Below are positions 10,443 to 20,322 of a stretch of 64,000 nucleotides of DNA, one piece after another; positions within the stretch are counted from its first letter, which is position 1, and each line of letters starts with the position of its first letter. Origin of the DNA: a virus (lineage: Duplodnaviria; Caudoviricetes). The stretch spans positions 33,477 to 97,476 of the IMG/VR virus record IMGVR_UViG_2603880160_000004. One strand, written 5' to 3'. The notes below the pieces were generated by a model. It saw only the letters and a list, made by a program, of their open reading frames with translations, searched no databases and was not told the origin of the DNA. A program made the position numbers and the translations under genes.

Positions 10443-11207
10443 ATGAAAATAACTGTAATAGGTGAATTTTGTACGGATATATTCGTATATGGTGAAACAA
10501 AGAGATTAAGTCCTGAGGCACCCGTACCAGTTTTTAATCCGTTATATGTGGAAAGAAATTTTGGAATGGCAGGAAATGTAGTTGAAAATTTGAAGTCATT
10601 AAATCAAGATGTGACGATTAAACATTTACATCAATTTCAACCAATTAAAAAAACAAGATATGTGGACGACAAATCTAATCACATGTTTATTAGAGTCGAT
10701 GAAGGTGAGGAAACAATTACACCTTTAGAATTAACTGATAGTGTTATTGATGAAATAAAAGAATCTGACGCAATTATTATAAGTGATTACAATAAGGGAT
10801 ATTTGAATGAAAAAATATTATTAGAAGTTGCATATCATTCTCGTTTTATTGTCATGGATACAAAGAAAAAAATTTCACCTAATCTTGTATCTAATTTTAA
10901 TTTTATAAAATTAAACGAACATGAGTATAGTAATTTTAGTGATGACGTTAAAAAACAATATCCAAACAAATTAATTGTAACGTTAGGTTCAAAAGGAGCA
11001 AAATATATGGATACCATATACCCGTCACCCGATCCTCGTGAAACAATTGATGTTAGTGGTGCTGGTGACACATTTACCGCATCATTTACCGTAAAATATT
11101 TAGAAACTAAAAACATTGAGGAGTCGATAATATTTGCAAATAAAATGGCATCAATTGTTGTTCAGAAAAGAGGGGTGAGTGTACCGATAACAAGACAAAA
11201 AAAATAA
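10443..11207 (+). CDS. hldE: D-glycero-D-manno-heptose-7-phosphate kinase (HldE/RfaE domain I, PfkB family)
   Basis: RLSPEAPVPV, GMAGNV, SDYNKG, DVSGAGDTF. Confidence 0.85.
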   Translation: MKITVIGEFCTDIFVYGETKRLSPEAPVPVFNPLYVERNFGMAGNVVENLKSLNQDVTIKHLHQFQPIKKTRYVDDKSNHMFIRVDEGEETITPLELTDSVIDEIKESDAIIISDYNKGYLNEKILLEVAYHSRFIVMDTKKKISPNLVSNFNFIKLNEHEYSNFSDDVKKQYPNKLIVTLGSKGAKYMDTIYPSPDPRETIDVSGAGDTFTASFTVKYLETKNIEESIIFANKMASIVVQKRGVSVPITRQKK

Positions 11208-11208
11208 T

Positions 11209-11841
11209 ATGAAAAAGTTATTACCATTATTAATGATATTTCTGTCTTTCGTTTCTTACGCACAAGAAGAAAAATATAAATTGAAAAAAATTAAAACTAT
11301 TTCTTATGTTAAAGAGTATATCAATAATACATCAGAATATGAACATTCGGGTAGTATTAGTTTAGGAGTTTCTCCTCACGGTAATGCTTACTATGAAAGA
11401 AGAAGTAAACCAAAGGGAGATGGGTTTGGAGTTGATATATATAGGGATAAAGTAATTTATCCAGATGATTTTCAGAATAAGTATTATAGTGAAACGGATA
11501 GATTTATATTAAGTTCAAATAAAAGATTTGGTATGGGTATGTATTATATAACACCTTTAAAATATGGGTTTGATTTATCTTTCGGTGTTGGTTTTTTACG
11601 TTATAATTTATCAAAATCTTTACTCGATTTAACCGATAATATCAATGTAAAGTCAAGTACAAATTGGTATTTTATTTTTGGGTTTACAAAAGAAGTTCGC
11701 ATTACAGAACGATTCCATTTAGAAACGAATGGTAAGTTTAGAAATGTAGTAAAATATTCTGTATTTCGCGGCAATAGTCGAATTACCAAGTTTGAACCTG
11801 CATTGGGTATTAGATATGATTTAAATTTTAAGAACAGATAA
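11209..11841 (+). CDS. exported protein, outer-membrane beta-barrel-like
   Basis: Signal peptide ending SYA-Q; alternating aromatic strands; C-terminal LGIRYDLNF. Confidence 0.5.
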   Translation: MKKLLPLLMIFLSFVSYAQEEKYKLKKIKTISYVKEYINNTSEYEHSGSISLGVSPHGNAYYERRSKPKGDGFGVDIYRDKVIYPDDFQNKYYSETDRFILSSNKRFGMGMYYITPLKYGFDLSFGVGFLRYNLSKSLLDLTDNINVKSSTNWYFIFGFTKEVRITERFHLETNGKFRNVVKYSVFRGNSRITKFEPALGIRYDLNFKNR

Positions 11842-11851
11842 AAAAATAGTT

Positions 11852-12658
11852 ATGAGAATTTTAATAACGGGCACAAACGGTTTTATTGGAAAAAATCTTC
11901 TAAATGAGTTAAAAGATAAACATGATATTTTGGAAATAAATGAAGATATTTTTGATATTGAGGATTGGTATAACGAAATATATTTTAAATTAAATAAGTT
12001 TGATCCTGAAGTGGTATTTCACGTTGGTGCGTGTTCAGATACATTAGAAACTGATGTTAACTACATGATGACACGGAACTTTGAATTTACCCGTAGGGTT
12101 GCGGAATGGTGTCAGTTATTGGGCAAGAAGTTTATATATTCTTCCTCTGCTGCCAATTATGGAACAAATGAAGAATATCCGTCCAATCTTTATGGGTGGA
12201 GCAAATATGCTGCCGAACAATACGTTGTTAAATGTGGTGGGGTTGCTTTACGTTATTTTAACGTTTATGGTCCATTAGAGGGTCATAAAGGGAGGATGGC
12301 ATCTGTGGCATATCAAATGTTGGAAAAACAAAAAGAAGGTCAGGAAATCAAGTTATTCCCTAATAAACCACAAAGGGATTTTGTCTATGTTAAGGATGTG
12401 ATAAGTGCCAATTTATTTGCATTAGAAAACTATGACGATAATAGAGGTCAATGGTATGAAGTCGGTAGTGGTGACGCTAGAACTTTTGAAGATGTTTTAG
12501 ATATTTTGAAAATTAGTTACACCTACCATAACGAAAAAGATATCCCTGAAGGATATCAATTTCATACTAAAAGTAATTCAGAAAATTGGATGATTGGTTG
12601 GACACCTAAATACAATTTAGAAAAAGGGTTAGAGAATTATTGTCTAACATTAAATTAA
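11852..12658 (+). CDS. hldD: ADP-L-glycero-D-manno-heptose 6-epimerase
   Basis: ITGTNGFIG, FHVGACSDT, YSSSAANYG, YGWSK, LRYFNVYGP, HKGRMASV. Confidence 0.88.
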   Translation: MRILITGTNGFIGKNLLNELKDKHDILEINEDIFDIEDWYNEIYFKLNKFDPEVVFHVGACSDTLETDVNYMMTRNFEFTRRVAEWCQLLGKKFIYSSSAANYGTNEEYPSNLYGWSKYAAEQYVVKCGGVALRYFNVYGPLEGHKGRMASVAYQMLEKQKEGQEIKLFPNKPQRDFVYVKDVISANLFALENYDDNRGQWYEVGSGDARTFEDVLDILKISYTYHNEKDIPEGYQFHTKSNSENWMIGWTPKYNLEKGLENYCLTLN

Positions 12659-13086
12659 ATTATTTCAATTGAATTTATTTTATCTCCTTGTTGGATTAAA
12701 TCAATAACATCCAAACCATCGATTACTTTACCAAAACAGGTATGGTTTCTATCAAGATGAGAAGTGTTATTACGACTATGACAAATGAAGAATTGAGAAC
12801 CTCCTGTGTTTCTACCAGCATGTGCCATAGATAATACTCCCTTATCGTGGTATTGTTTTTCTGCTGTTACCTCACAAGGAATGTTATATCCTGGTCCACC
12901 TGCTCCCGTACCATTTGGACACCCACCTTGAATAACGAAATCAGGTAATACTCTATGGAAATTTAATCCATTGTAGAATCCTTCATTAATTAATTTTTTG
13001 AAGTTGTCGGTTGTTATCGGTGTTTCGTTGTCATATAATTCCGCAATCATATCACCTTTTACTGTTGAAATTTTTACTTTGCTCAT
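12655..13086 (-). CDS. cyclophilin-type peptidyl-prolyl isomerase
   Basis: FYNGLNFHRV, IQGGCP, LSMAHAG, GSQFFI, HTCFGKV. Confidence 0.95.
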   Translation of the reverse strand: MSKVKISTVKGDMIAELYDNETPITTDNFKKLINEGFYNGLNFHRVLPDFVIQGGCPNGTGAGGPGYNIPCEVTAEKQYHDKGVLSMAHAGRNTGGSQFFICHSRNNTSHLDRNHTCFGKVIDGLDVIDLIQQGDKINSIEII

Positions 13087-13186
13087 TTTTTGTTTTTTTA
13101 TATTTTTCCAGTATTTATTCTAGAATACTAGCACTAGAAGCAAAACTAGATATAAAGAATTCTAGTTTAATACTGGGTTAATTTAT

Positions 13187-13759
13187 TTAAATTGCTTCAT
13201 ACTCAATATCACCATAATCGTAATATTCGTTATCGTCATTATTTTCCACACCATCTTCTTCACCTTCTTCAATCTTCTTAATTGCTTCACATGCACTTTT
13301 AGCCATAACTCTATAAGTCCAAGATTGAACTAATGGTTGTTCAGCTTTAATTTCCCATTCTGTTTCTTCAGCGTCTTCAGGTAAATCCTCATCACAATCT
13401 GAATCAATAATGTTTTTTTCTTTTTCTAATGGTCTTTTAAATGTGTCAATTGATTTCATTAACTCATCCCTAAATTCAATTAATTTTTTTAAGTCAGTAA
13501 ATGTAAAATTAAAAGATCCAATTGTACTTGATAATTGAATGTCAACATGAGATTGTTCGTCATTTCCACAATTGTAAATGTAGAAACCATTTTCTTGACC
13601 CAACTCAATGTTGGAAGTGTCGGGATAAACTGAAATGTATTGGTCTGGGTTATCTTCAACCATAGTTTTAAATTCCCTTTCAAGAGACTCTAATTGGGAT
13701 AGACAATCTGAATATTTTTTAGTAAATTCTTTGTCCCACTTTTTAGTGTACTTTGCCAT
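13187..13759 (-). CDS. acidic hypothetical protein
   Basis: 190 aa; C-terminal VMAKSACEA motif resembles 32224..32508. Confidence 0.65.
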   Translation of the reverse strand: MAKYTKKWDKEFTKKYSDCLSQLESLEREFKTMVEDNPDQYISVYPDTSNIELGQENGFYIYNCGNDEQSHVDIQLSSTIGSFNFTFTDLKKLIEFRDELMKSIDTFKRPLEKEKNIIDSDCDEDLPEDAEETEWEIKAEQPLVQSWTYRVMAKSACEAIKKIEEGEEDGVENNDDNEYYDYGDIEYEAI

Positions 13760-13822
13760 AATAATTTATTTTATAATACCAATATACAAAAAATAATTGA
13801 TACAAAAAAATTATTATGTAAT

Positions 13823-14704
13823 TTAATTAATTGAGATTGTTGTAGGTTCAGGATTTATATGTTCCTTTTTCTTGTATTTTTTATAACTACTAAATCCTCC
13901 ACGTTCCTCAACCCATTTTGATGGTTTTATTTTAAAGAATCCAAATCTACCTTGATTGTCTGCCAAATAAACTTCTCCCGATGCAATTGAATTTAATTTT
14001 TGACCTATTTCATCTATCACTTGAATTTTTTGTTCTTCAGTCTCCCACGTCTCTAAAAAGTCAACAACATTCTCTCTCCATAAAATATCTTTCACATGAA
14101 CGTTATGAACTATTGTCTCATTCCACATCCCACCTTGTTCACTATAGTTATTAAAATTACTAAAAAACTCTCTAATTTTTTTGGAGTTTCTTTTTATAAT
14201 TTCATCCATTTTACGATAATACCTACCTATTGTTTGTACGTCAAAATCGTTTGTACTGTCATATTCGGATTCTTCATCTAACCCCATCTCTTCTCTAATT
14301 GATTTTGGAAACACATATATCGGAATCCATCGTCTACCTGTTGCGTCCGGAGAACTCATCATATCTCTAGGACCTTCAAACAATAAGTCACCCACTATTT
14401 CATATATAATACCACCTTCAGTTTGAACACCGTTCATTTTATTTAATAAATCTTTGTTCATATATTTGAACGTAGATATTGATTTTCGTTTACCAATTAT
14501 AGATTTAATATTGTCAATGTTTTCAACGTCACTAACATGAAATGATTTGACTTGTTTTTTACCCCATATGTAATTAACAAAAGAAGGGGTAAGTGGAATG
14601 TCTAATTGTGAAATATGTGATGAAACAGATTTAATCCAAGCAATCTCATTTAATTGTTGTTGTTCTATTAAGTTTAATTGTTGTTCTGTTATTTCTAATT
14701 TCAT
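13823..14704 (-). CDS. putative virion-internal protein (ITEQQ tag)
   Basis: MKLEITEQQLNLI. Confidence 0.65.
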   Translation of the reverse strand: MKLEITEQQLNLIEQQQLNEIAWIKSVSSHISQLDIPLTPSFVNYIWGKKQVKSFHVSDVENIDNIKSIIGKRKSISTFKYMNKDLLNKMNGVQTEGGIIYEIVGDLLFEGPRDMMSSPDATGRRWIPIYVFPKSIREEMGLDEESEYDSTNDFDVQTIGRYYRKMDEIIKRNSKKIREFFSNFNNYSEQGGMWNETIVHNVHVKDILWRENVVDFLETWETEEQKIQVIDEIGQKLNSIASGEVYLADNQGRFGFFKIKPSKWVEERGGFSSYKKYKKKEHINPEPTTISIN

Positions 14705-15423
14705 TACTTTGTAGGTGATGTGATATTCGTACCAGGGGTATTACTACCAGGTATTGGTGTGTTAGTTTGACCATTCGACAACACATATGGATATGTCTCA
14801 ATACCAACAATACCATCTACTTTAATATTTTTAGATGTTTGTAACGCTTTAACTGCGGCAAGTGTTTTATTTCCAAAATAACCTGTGATTGGGGTTACGT
14901 CCAATAAATTTTGTAGTTCTTTAACACCTTGTGTTTTACAACCAAATTTCAACATTTTTCCTTTAGATGCATCAATTAATTGTGGTGCACAATTTACTGT
15001 AGAAATTCCGTTTGACCATTTGTTATCCTTTGAATTAAATTTCTTATTACCTAATGTAATTTCAATTGAACCATTATTATCTTTCCACGTCCCCTTTTCA
15101 ATCTCATCAGGATCGCCAATTTTACTCGTAAAAAAACTACCATTTTGTTCAAAGTTCCAATCGACATTACCAACTGTTCCCCATATGTAATTCTCTCCGT
15201 TTCCAACAACTTCAGGTTCTTTTGTGTATGATTTAACAAATTTTTCAACGTTTGTACCGGTCCACCATCCTTTATTGACTTGATATGGAACCTTTTGGTT
15301 ATTTGTTACTGGATTCAATTGTGATTTTAAATTGGGGTTACCTATAGGTGCACCTTGTTCTTTTATAACTTTAGATACGATATCTTTAAGTTGGTTTTCT
15401 GTTAATTTGATAATTCTTTTCAT
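14704..15423 (-). CDS. tagged protein with C-terminal peptidoglycan-binding domain
   Basis: MKRIIKLTENQL; VKELQ..GYFGNKTLAAVKALQ..VDGIVG. Confidence 0.75.
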   Translation of the reverse strand: MKRIIKLTENQLKDIVSKVIKEQGAPIGNPNLKSQLNPVTNNQKVPYQVNKGWWTGTNVEKFVKSYTKEPEVVGNGENYIWGTVGNVDWNFEQNGSFFTSKIGDPDEIEKGTWKDNNGSIEITLGNKKFNSKDNKWSNGISTVNCAPQLIDASKGKMLKFGCKTQGVKELQNLLDVTPITGYFGNKTLAAVKALQTSKNIKVDGIVGIETYPYVLSNGQTNTPIPGSNTPGTNITSPTK

Positions 15424-15440
15424 GTTATATAAATATTATG

Positions 15441-15770
15441 TTATTTGTGTTTGATTATAAGTTCACCAAGTACTTCCAATCTACCCACTTCAGTTTGAAA
15501 CGCAGTTTGGTCCATATCTAATGATATTTTATTTAACGTTTCCATAAATTCTTTTTTAGACTTATCCATATCGAATTTACCTTCGGAGGCTTCTTTATAA
15601 TATGGTAATTTAACCTTAAAGTGGTGGTAAGTCAACATTGAAGGTCCACCTTTTTCTTTTGCACTATTTGCAATTTTAGACGCACCACCCATTCTTTTTA
15701 AAACAAACTCATCAAATGACTTTGATTCTGTTAATAGTTTATATTGTTGTTCTGATAGTAATAGTTTCAT
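15441..15770 (-). CDS. putative virion-internal protein (LSEQQ tag)
   Basis: MKLLLSEQQYKLL. Confidence 0.6.
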   Translation of the reverse strand: MKLLLSEQQYKLLTESKSFDEFVLKRMGGASKIANSAKEKGGPSMLTYHHFKVKLPYYKEASEGKFDMDKSKKEFMETLNKISLDMDQTAFQTEVGRLEVLGELIIKHK

Positions 15771-15771
15771 A

Positions 15772-16146
15772 TTAATATTGTGCGTGATATTCTATTTTAG
15801 TTATTTCACCACCCTCTTTATAGAATTCATATCTTTGTTCTTTGGTTATCGCCCTATCCATCGCCATAAACATCGCTTTAAATTCATTATCGTTATATGT
15901 TTTTTTACCTGTATTCTTTTTCTCCAATAATCTTTGAGCCATTGGATATACCAATTTGTCATTGAATTTAAATATCTTTTTAAGGTCGTTGATAGGTGTA
16001 TTTTGGACTTCACCATCCTCACCACGAAGAAATCTTGATAGGAACCCCAACATAGTTTGTTCGACAGATGTTAGGTTACCAGTTTGAGTTTGTTGTTCGT
16101 TTAGAACAATTTTTCTTAGTTGTGTCTCATTTATGATAAGTTTCAT
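15772..16146 (-). CDS. putative virion-internal protein (INETQ tag)
   Basis: Start moved to MKLIINETQLRKIV, just after TATTTATA. Confidence 0.6.
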   Translation of the reverse strand: MKLIINETQLRKIVLNEQQTQTGNLTSVEQTMLGFLSRFLRGEDGEVQNTPINDLKKIFKFNDKLVYPMAQRLLEKKNTGKKTYNDNEFKAMFMAMDRAITKEQRYEFYKEGGEITKIEYHAQY

Positions 16147-16162
16147 ATTATATAAATATAAC

Positions 16163-16242
16163 AAAAAGGGATATGAGTAGCGAATTCATATCCCAACGGA
16201 ACGTTAACCATTCCGGTCCTAAGTCGGGTCTTCAAACCCGAG
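16163..16242 (-). other. three consecutive stem-loops ending in a terminator; structured RNA candidate
   Basis: TCGGGT/ACCCGA, CGGAATG/CGTTCCG, GGGATATGA/TCATATCCC, then TTTTT. Confidence 0.55.
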
Positions 16243-16265
16243 GTATCTTTAATTGTGTTCAATAA

Positions 16266-16778
16266 CTACCATCTTAAAAGTCCAAAAAGACCGCGAGACC
16301 TTGTACCATCACAAAAATATGTTGTTCTTTTCGTTCTAAATAATTTACCTAAAAAAGATAACACTAATGCGAAAAGAATCACACCAACAGCAATAGCAAC
16401 ACCAGGATTCATACTAACACCTAATAAGGTAACGACAGCAGGTGCCGCAACTTGTTCAGATTGTAATTTTGATTGTCTCTTTAATTCCTTCAGTTGTTTT
16501 TTCACTTGCATTAATTCAGAAAATGATGCTGTTTTCATCTTTTCCTTTAGTTCCATTATCTTTTGTCGGTCTTCACCGCTAACATTTGATGGTAAATCGA
16601 TATTGTCTGTTTCTAAACATATGATTCCCTCATATTCTTCTATTGTCAAATCTTCGTCAACTTTTTGATTAAATTCTTGGGTATCTTGTTGTAACATAAT
16701 CATGGATTGAGAATCGTCTTCATTTAGATTCATCATGATTTTAATTCTATCAATTTGTTCGTGTAATGTTTGTTTCAT
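16266..16778 (-). CDS. membrane protein
   Basis: MKQTLHEQIDRIKIMM leader; C-terminal TM segment. Confidence 0.65.
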   Translation of the reverse strand: MKQTLHEQIDRIKIMMNLNEDDSQSMIMLQQDTQEFNQKVDEDLTIEEYEGIICLETDNIDLPSNVSGEDRQKIMELKEKMKTASFSELMQVKKQLKELKRQSKLQSEQVAAPAVVTLLGVSMNPGVAIAVGVILFALVLSFLGKLFRTKRTTYFCDGTRSRGLFGLLRW

Positions 16779-16779
16779 A

Positions 16780-16902
16780 TTACTTCTTTAATTCTTTCTT
16801 CAAACGATTAATTATTTCAGTGTTTTTGGAGGTTCTCTTAAATGATTTAACTCCAGATTTTATACTTCTCATTGCTCGTTTTTTTGGTGCCGCGGTTCCC
16901 AT
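16780..16902 (-). CDS. 40-aa basic protein (not in the ORF track)
   Basis: MGTAAPKKRAMRSIK...LKKELKK fills the gap between neighbours exactly. Confidence 0.5.
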   Translation of the reverse strand: MGTAAPKKRAMRSIKSGVKSFKRTSKNTEIINRLKKELKK

Positions 16903-16903
16903 A

Positions 16904-18580
16904 TTAAATTGTTTTTTTATAAATATCTCTTACCGTATCAATTAACGATAATTTGGATTCGTTTATTTTAAATTTACTTTTAGGGGTTTTAGGTGTTTCT
17001 CTTTCCGGATAGTCACCGACATATTCTATTTTATTTCTTTCAACAACTTTTAATTTGTTCTCTAATAATTTATCATATTGACCTTCTTTAAGGGTATGAG
17101 GTATACGAATCAAACCCAAACCGTAATTATTAGTTTTAATAAATTCATTTTTTATATTATCACTTTCGTACAATATATTATAATTCATTTGTCTAGTGTA
17201 CTCTGATTTACCAAACGTGGGTTCAAAATGTTGTTTTCCGTCATATTCAATAAGAACATTATATGGTTCTGGTAAATAAAAATCAAATTTTTGATTACCA
17301 AGTTCAGGATAGTTCTTTTCTTTTTCAAATTTTATACCATTTTTTCTTAATAGTTCACCAATGTATCTTTCATTTCTTGATTCTTGACATATTGGACAAC
17401 CTTGTCCTGTAGAATGATTAGAGGGAGTTTGCCAAAACATTCCATGTTCTTTATCATTAGGACCTTTTACGTGACATTCAATAGGTATTTTTGTGTTTCC
17501 ATTAATAAATTCTTTATCAATATTTGGGTAAGTGTATTTAATCGACCTATTAGACTGAACATCCTCAAATTTTCTTTTATAATTATTTAAATTGTTAACC
17601 CTATCACATTCTTTACATTCAATTGAACCTCCTCTTTTAATTGCGTCTGTAATTGATGATGGGTAACTTCTTTCAATAGGGTATGGTGTTTTTCCATGTA
17701 ATGTACAACCAAGTGTTATCGGTGTTTCTCTATTGATATAGTCCGATAATAAAACAAATCTATCTCCCGAATATTCACGAACTTTATCCATGAAGTTTTT
17801 TTCTTCAATTGCAATTCTTTCACATTCTGAACATAAAGGTATTCCATCATAAAAATATTTTGCTTTTACTTTTGTGACTTCTTTATTATGTTTTTTACAT
17901 TTTATTTTTCCGTTTTGATACGGACTTTTATATTCCATACCAGACCACTCATACCAACTTATTGGAATGTGGTATAATTTCATTCTTTCTTTAACTTTTC
18001 TTATAAACTCTGCACGAGAAAGATTAATTGGTTGTTTAACTATTCCTTGTTCGTCTTTACATTTCCCACAACCAACATTTTGATATATGTGAAGTTGTGC
18101 ATTTTTTATAGTTTGTTTACCGTGAGGTTTTCCATCGGAACCAACTTTCGGACAATAAAAATCAAATTCATTATTGATACCAGTATATCTTCTTAAACCT
18201 GGTCTATTGTAGATATATAAAGGATTTCCATTTTCATCCTTCCATATCTCTTTTACCTTACTATAAAAATCATTTTTAGTTGATTTAATATTATTTTGAC
18301 TATCATCTTTTTTACACTCACTACATCCATTTGGACCAATACGACCTTTCAATAGATACTCAACAAGTGCAGGGAAATCAACGTTATGTTTCTTACAATG
18401 AACATTTACGGTTGAATTTTTTGTGAAATTTTCTTGATTACCGAAATCATAAAGACTACCTTTTCCATAAGGGAACAATTGTTTCATTTTTAATAAAAAA
18501 TCTTCCTTTGACCTCGCTTCAGTTTTTTCACTTAACGGTAATAGGTTTTCATCTTCCAATATAATATCAAATAATTTCAT
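16904..18580 (-). CDS. endonuclease with repeated CxxH/CxxC modules and C-terminal PD-(D/E)xK/Vsr-like domain (homing-endonuclease type)
   Basis: About five C..H..C..C modules; FDFYLP...LIEYDGKQHF...LIRIP. Confidence 0.75.
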   Translation of the reverse strand: MKLFDIILEDENLLPLSEKTEARSKEDFLLKMKQLFPYGKGSLYDFGNQENFTKNSTVNVHCKKHNVDFPALVEYLLKGRIGPNGCSECKKDDSQNNIKSTKNDFYSKVKEIWKDENGNPLYIYNRPGLRRYTGINNEFDFYCPKVGSDGKPHGKQTIKNAQLHIYQNVGCGKCKDEQGIVKQPINLSRAEFIRKVKERMKLYHIPISWYEWSGMEYKSPYQNGKIKCKKHNKEVTKVKAKYFYDGIPLCSECERIAIEEKNFMDKVREYSGDRFVLLSDYINRETPITLGCTLHGKTPYPIERSYPSSITDAIKRGGSIECKECDRVNNLNNYKRKFEDVQSNRSIKYTYPNIDKEFINGNTKIPIECHVKGPNDKEHGMFWQTPSNHSTGQGCPICQESRNERYIGELLRKNGIKFEKEKNYPELGNQKFDFYLPEPYNVLIEYDGKQHFEPTFGKSEYTRQMNYNILYESDNIKNEFIKTNNYGLGLIRIPHTLKEGQYDKLLENKLKVVERNKIEYVGDYPERETPKTPKSKFKINESKLSLIDTVRDIYKKTI

Positions 18581-18586
18581 GTTTCT

Positions 18587-19417
18587 TTATTGTATTATGA
18601 AATCCCCCATTTCAGAATTACCCGATAACACGTTAGGTGATGTTAATGTTAATTCAAATGCTTGACCATTTAATTTTTGACCTCCGTATGTACCGGGACC
18701 AACAATTTTCATATTAAAATTTTTCCCATTCACATTCTCCAAATTCTGAACTGTAAGTTGGTATTTTTGATTATCCTTATCTCTTATTGCAACATACGTT
18801 TTACCATCTTCAAAATTACCATTGAAAGTTGATTGTTGGGTATTATTAGGTTTGTCAACAGGAGTTGTTTTACCACCAACAGGAGGGAATGAATTAGGTT
18901 TTGTATAACGATAGAAGACCTGTCTAAATGAGTTCTGACCACCTTTATGTATGAAATCGTTAACTTTCTGAATATCAATGTTAGATTCGGTATATGTGGT
19001 CATAATACGTTTCTTAGCCGACTCCATATCATTTCCTCGTGAAACGGACTCAGCACGGTTAATAACATCATCATTACATCCCGCACCACGACTGGTAAAA
19101 CCAACCCAAGATTTACCATCGGGACTCGGTACAATAGTACAAGACCAATTGACAGTCATACCATTAACGGATACATCCACCTTAGATACCATAGGGTTCA
19201 TACCACCCTTATATAACTCTTCGAGTTTATTACCAACAAGAACATTCATATTACCAATGATTTTACTAACCTGTTTACCATTTATGATTTGTTTTGTGCT
19301 TTGAAACGCATGTAATTCATCACAGTCATTTGCGGTATATGTACCACTTACAACAACCGTGGATGATTGTTCCGTTATTATACGTTTTAATTGTTGTTCA
19401 GATATTAAAATTTTCAT
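18587..19417 (-). CDS. putative virion-internal protein (ISEQQ tag)
   Basis: Start moved to MKILISEQQLKRII, after TATTTATA. Confidence 0.6.
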   Translation of the reverse strand: MKILISEQQLKRIITEQSSTVVVSGTYTANDCDELHAFQSTKQIINGKQVSKIIGNMNVLVGNKLEELYKGGMNPMVSKVDVSVNGMTVNWSCTIVPSPDGKSWVGFTSRGAGCNDDVINRAESVSRGNDMESAKKRIMTTYTESNIDIQKVNDFIHKGGQNSFRQVFYRYTKPNSFPPVGGKTTPVDKPNNTQQSTFNGNFEDGKTYVAIRDKDNQKYQLTVQNLENVNGKNFNMKIVGPGTYGGQKLNGQAFELTLTSPNVLSGNSEMGDFIIQ

Positions 19418-19532
19418 ATGATATAAATATCTCATTATTATTAAGGGACACAAAAAGAGAGAGACAAATTTCAACGGGGGTTCCGGCGTGTGAAAACAGA
19501 AAATTGTGAACGGGGTTATCGGAGGTTAGAAA

Positions 19533-19976
19533 TTAAGAACTGCTGATATCAACACCGAAGTTATCGAATTTCCTTTTATATACAGATGAGATGGCATGTC
19601 CCTTATGCATCATAAATCTATCCATATCGGTATCTCGTTGTGTTTCAAAGTTATGGAGGGTATATTTCACCTTACCAACGACATCAAATATATACTGAAC
19701 ATCAACACCATCTTTAAGTTGTTTTTTAGTAGGATAGTCAATCAGGATTACAACGGTGTTTAAAGGGGGTAATTCGTAGGATACGTCCAAAGGAGGATAA
19801 TTACCACCATGATGTACCTGAACCCTACCACGACCCTTAGAAAGAGCCCTATAGACATTAATCATCTTCTTAATCATCTTATGATTTTCTGGAGTGGAGT
19901 CATAACCCTTTGGTGTATTATAATAAACAATTCTAGGTTTATTAACATTCTCTTCTAACAGGTCCATTAGTTTCAT
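19533..19976 (-). CDS. MKLxDxxE-tag protein, paralog of the 41-43 kb repeat domain
   Basis: VYRALSKG...YEL...KFDNFGV. Confidence 0.6.
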   Translation of the reverse strand: MKLMDLLEENVNKPRIVYYNTPKGYDSTPENHKMIKKMINVYRALSKGRGRVQVHHGGNYPPLDVSYELPPLNTVVILIDYPTKKQLKDGVDVQYIFDVVGKVKYTLHNFETQRDTDMDRFMMHKGHAISSVYKRKFDNFGVDISSS

Positions 19977-20053
19977 ATCTTATAAATATCTTGTATACCA
20001 AGAGTTCCTGGGGTGGTATAAATAAAAAACCCTCCATATAGGAGGGTCTTCAA

Positions 20054-20299
20054 TTATTTGCTAACTTTATGTTCGTCCCAAAACGACTTTAATTCGGTTC
20101 TAGTTAAATCATCAGACCAATTATTCCAATCAAGATAATCTGGTATCATTATAACGTCAAATTCAACCATTGATTCGTTTTTGGTGACTTCCATAAATTC
20201 CTCACTAACTGCACTGTTTTTAACGTACACAGTATCATTAGTATCATCATATTTCATTGTGATTGTGTTATCCAATGAATCTGTTTTTGTTGTTTCCAT
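20054..20299 (-). CDS. hypothetical protein
   Basis: 81 aa; TATTTATA upstream; terminator at 20025-20048. Confidence 0.6.
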   Translation of the reverse strand: METTKTDSLDNTITMKYDDTNDTVYVKNSAVSEEFMEVTKNESMVEFDVIMIPDYLDWNNWSDDLTRTELKSFWDEHKVSK

Positions 20300-20322
20300 A
20301 TTGTTTTCTTTTTATATAAATA

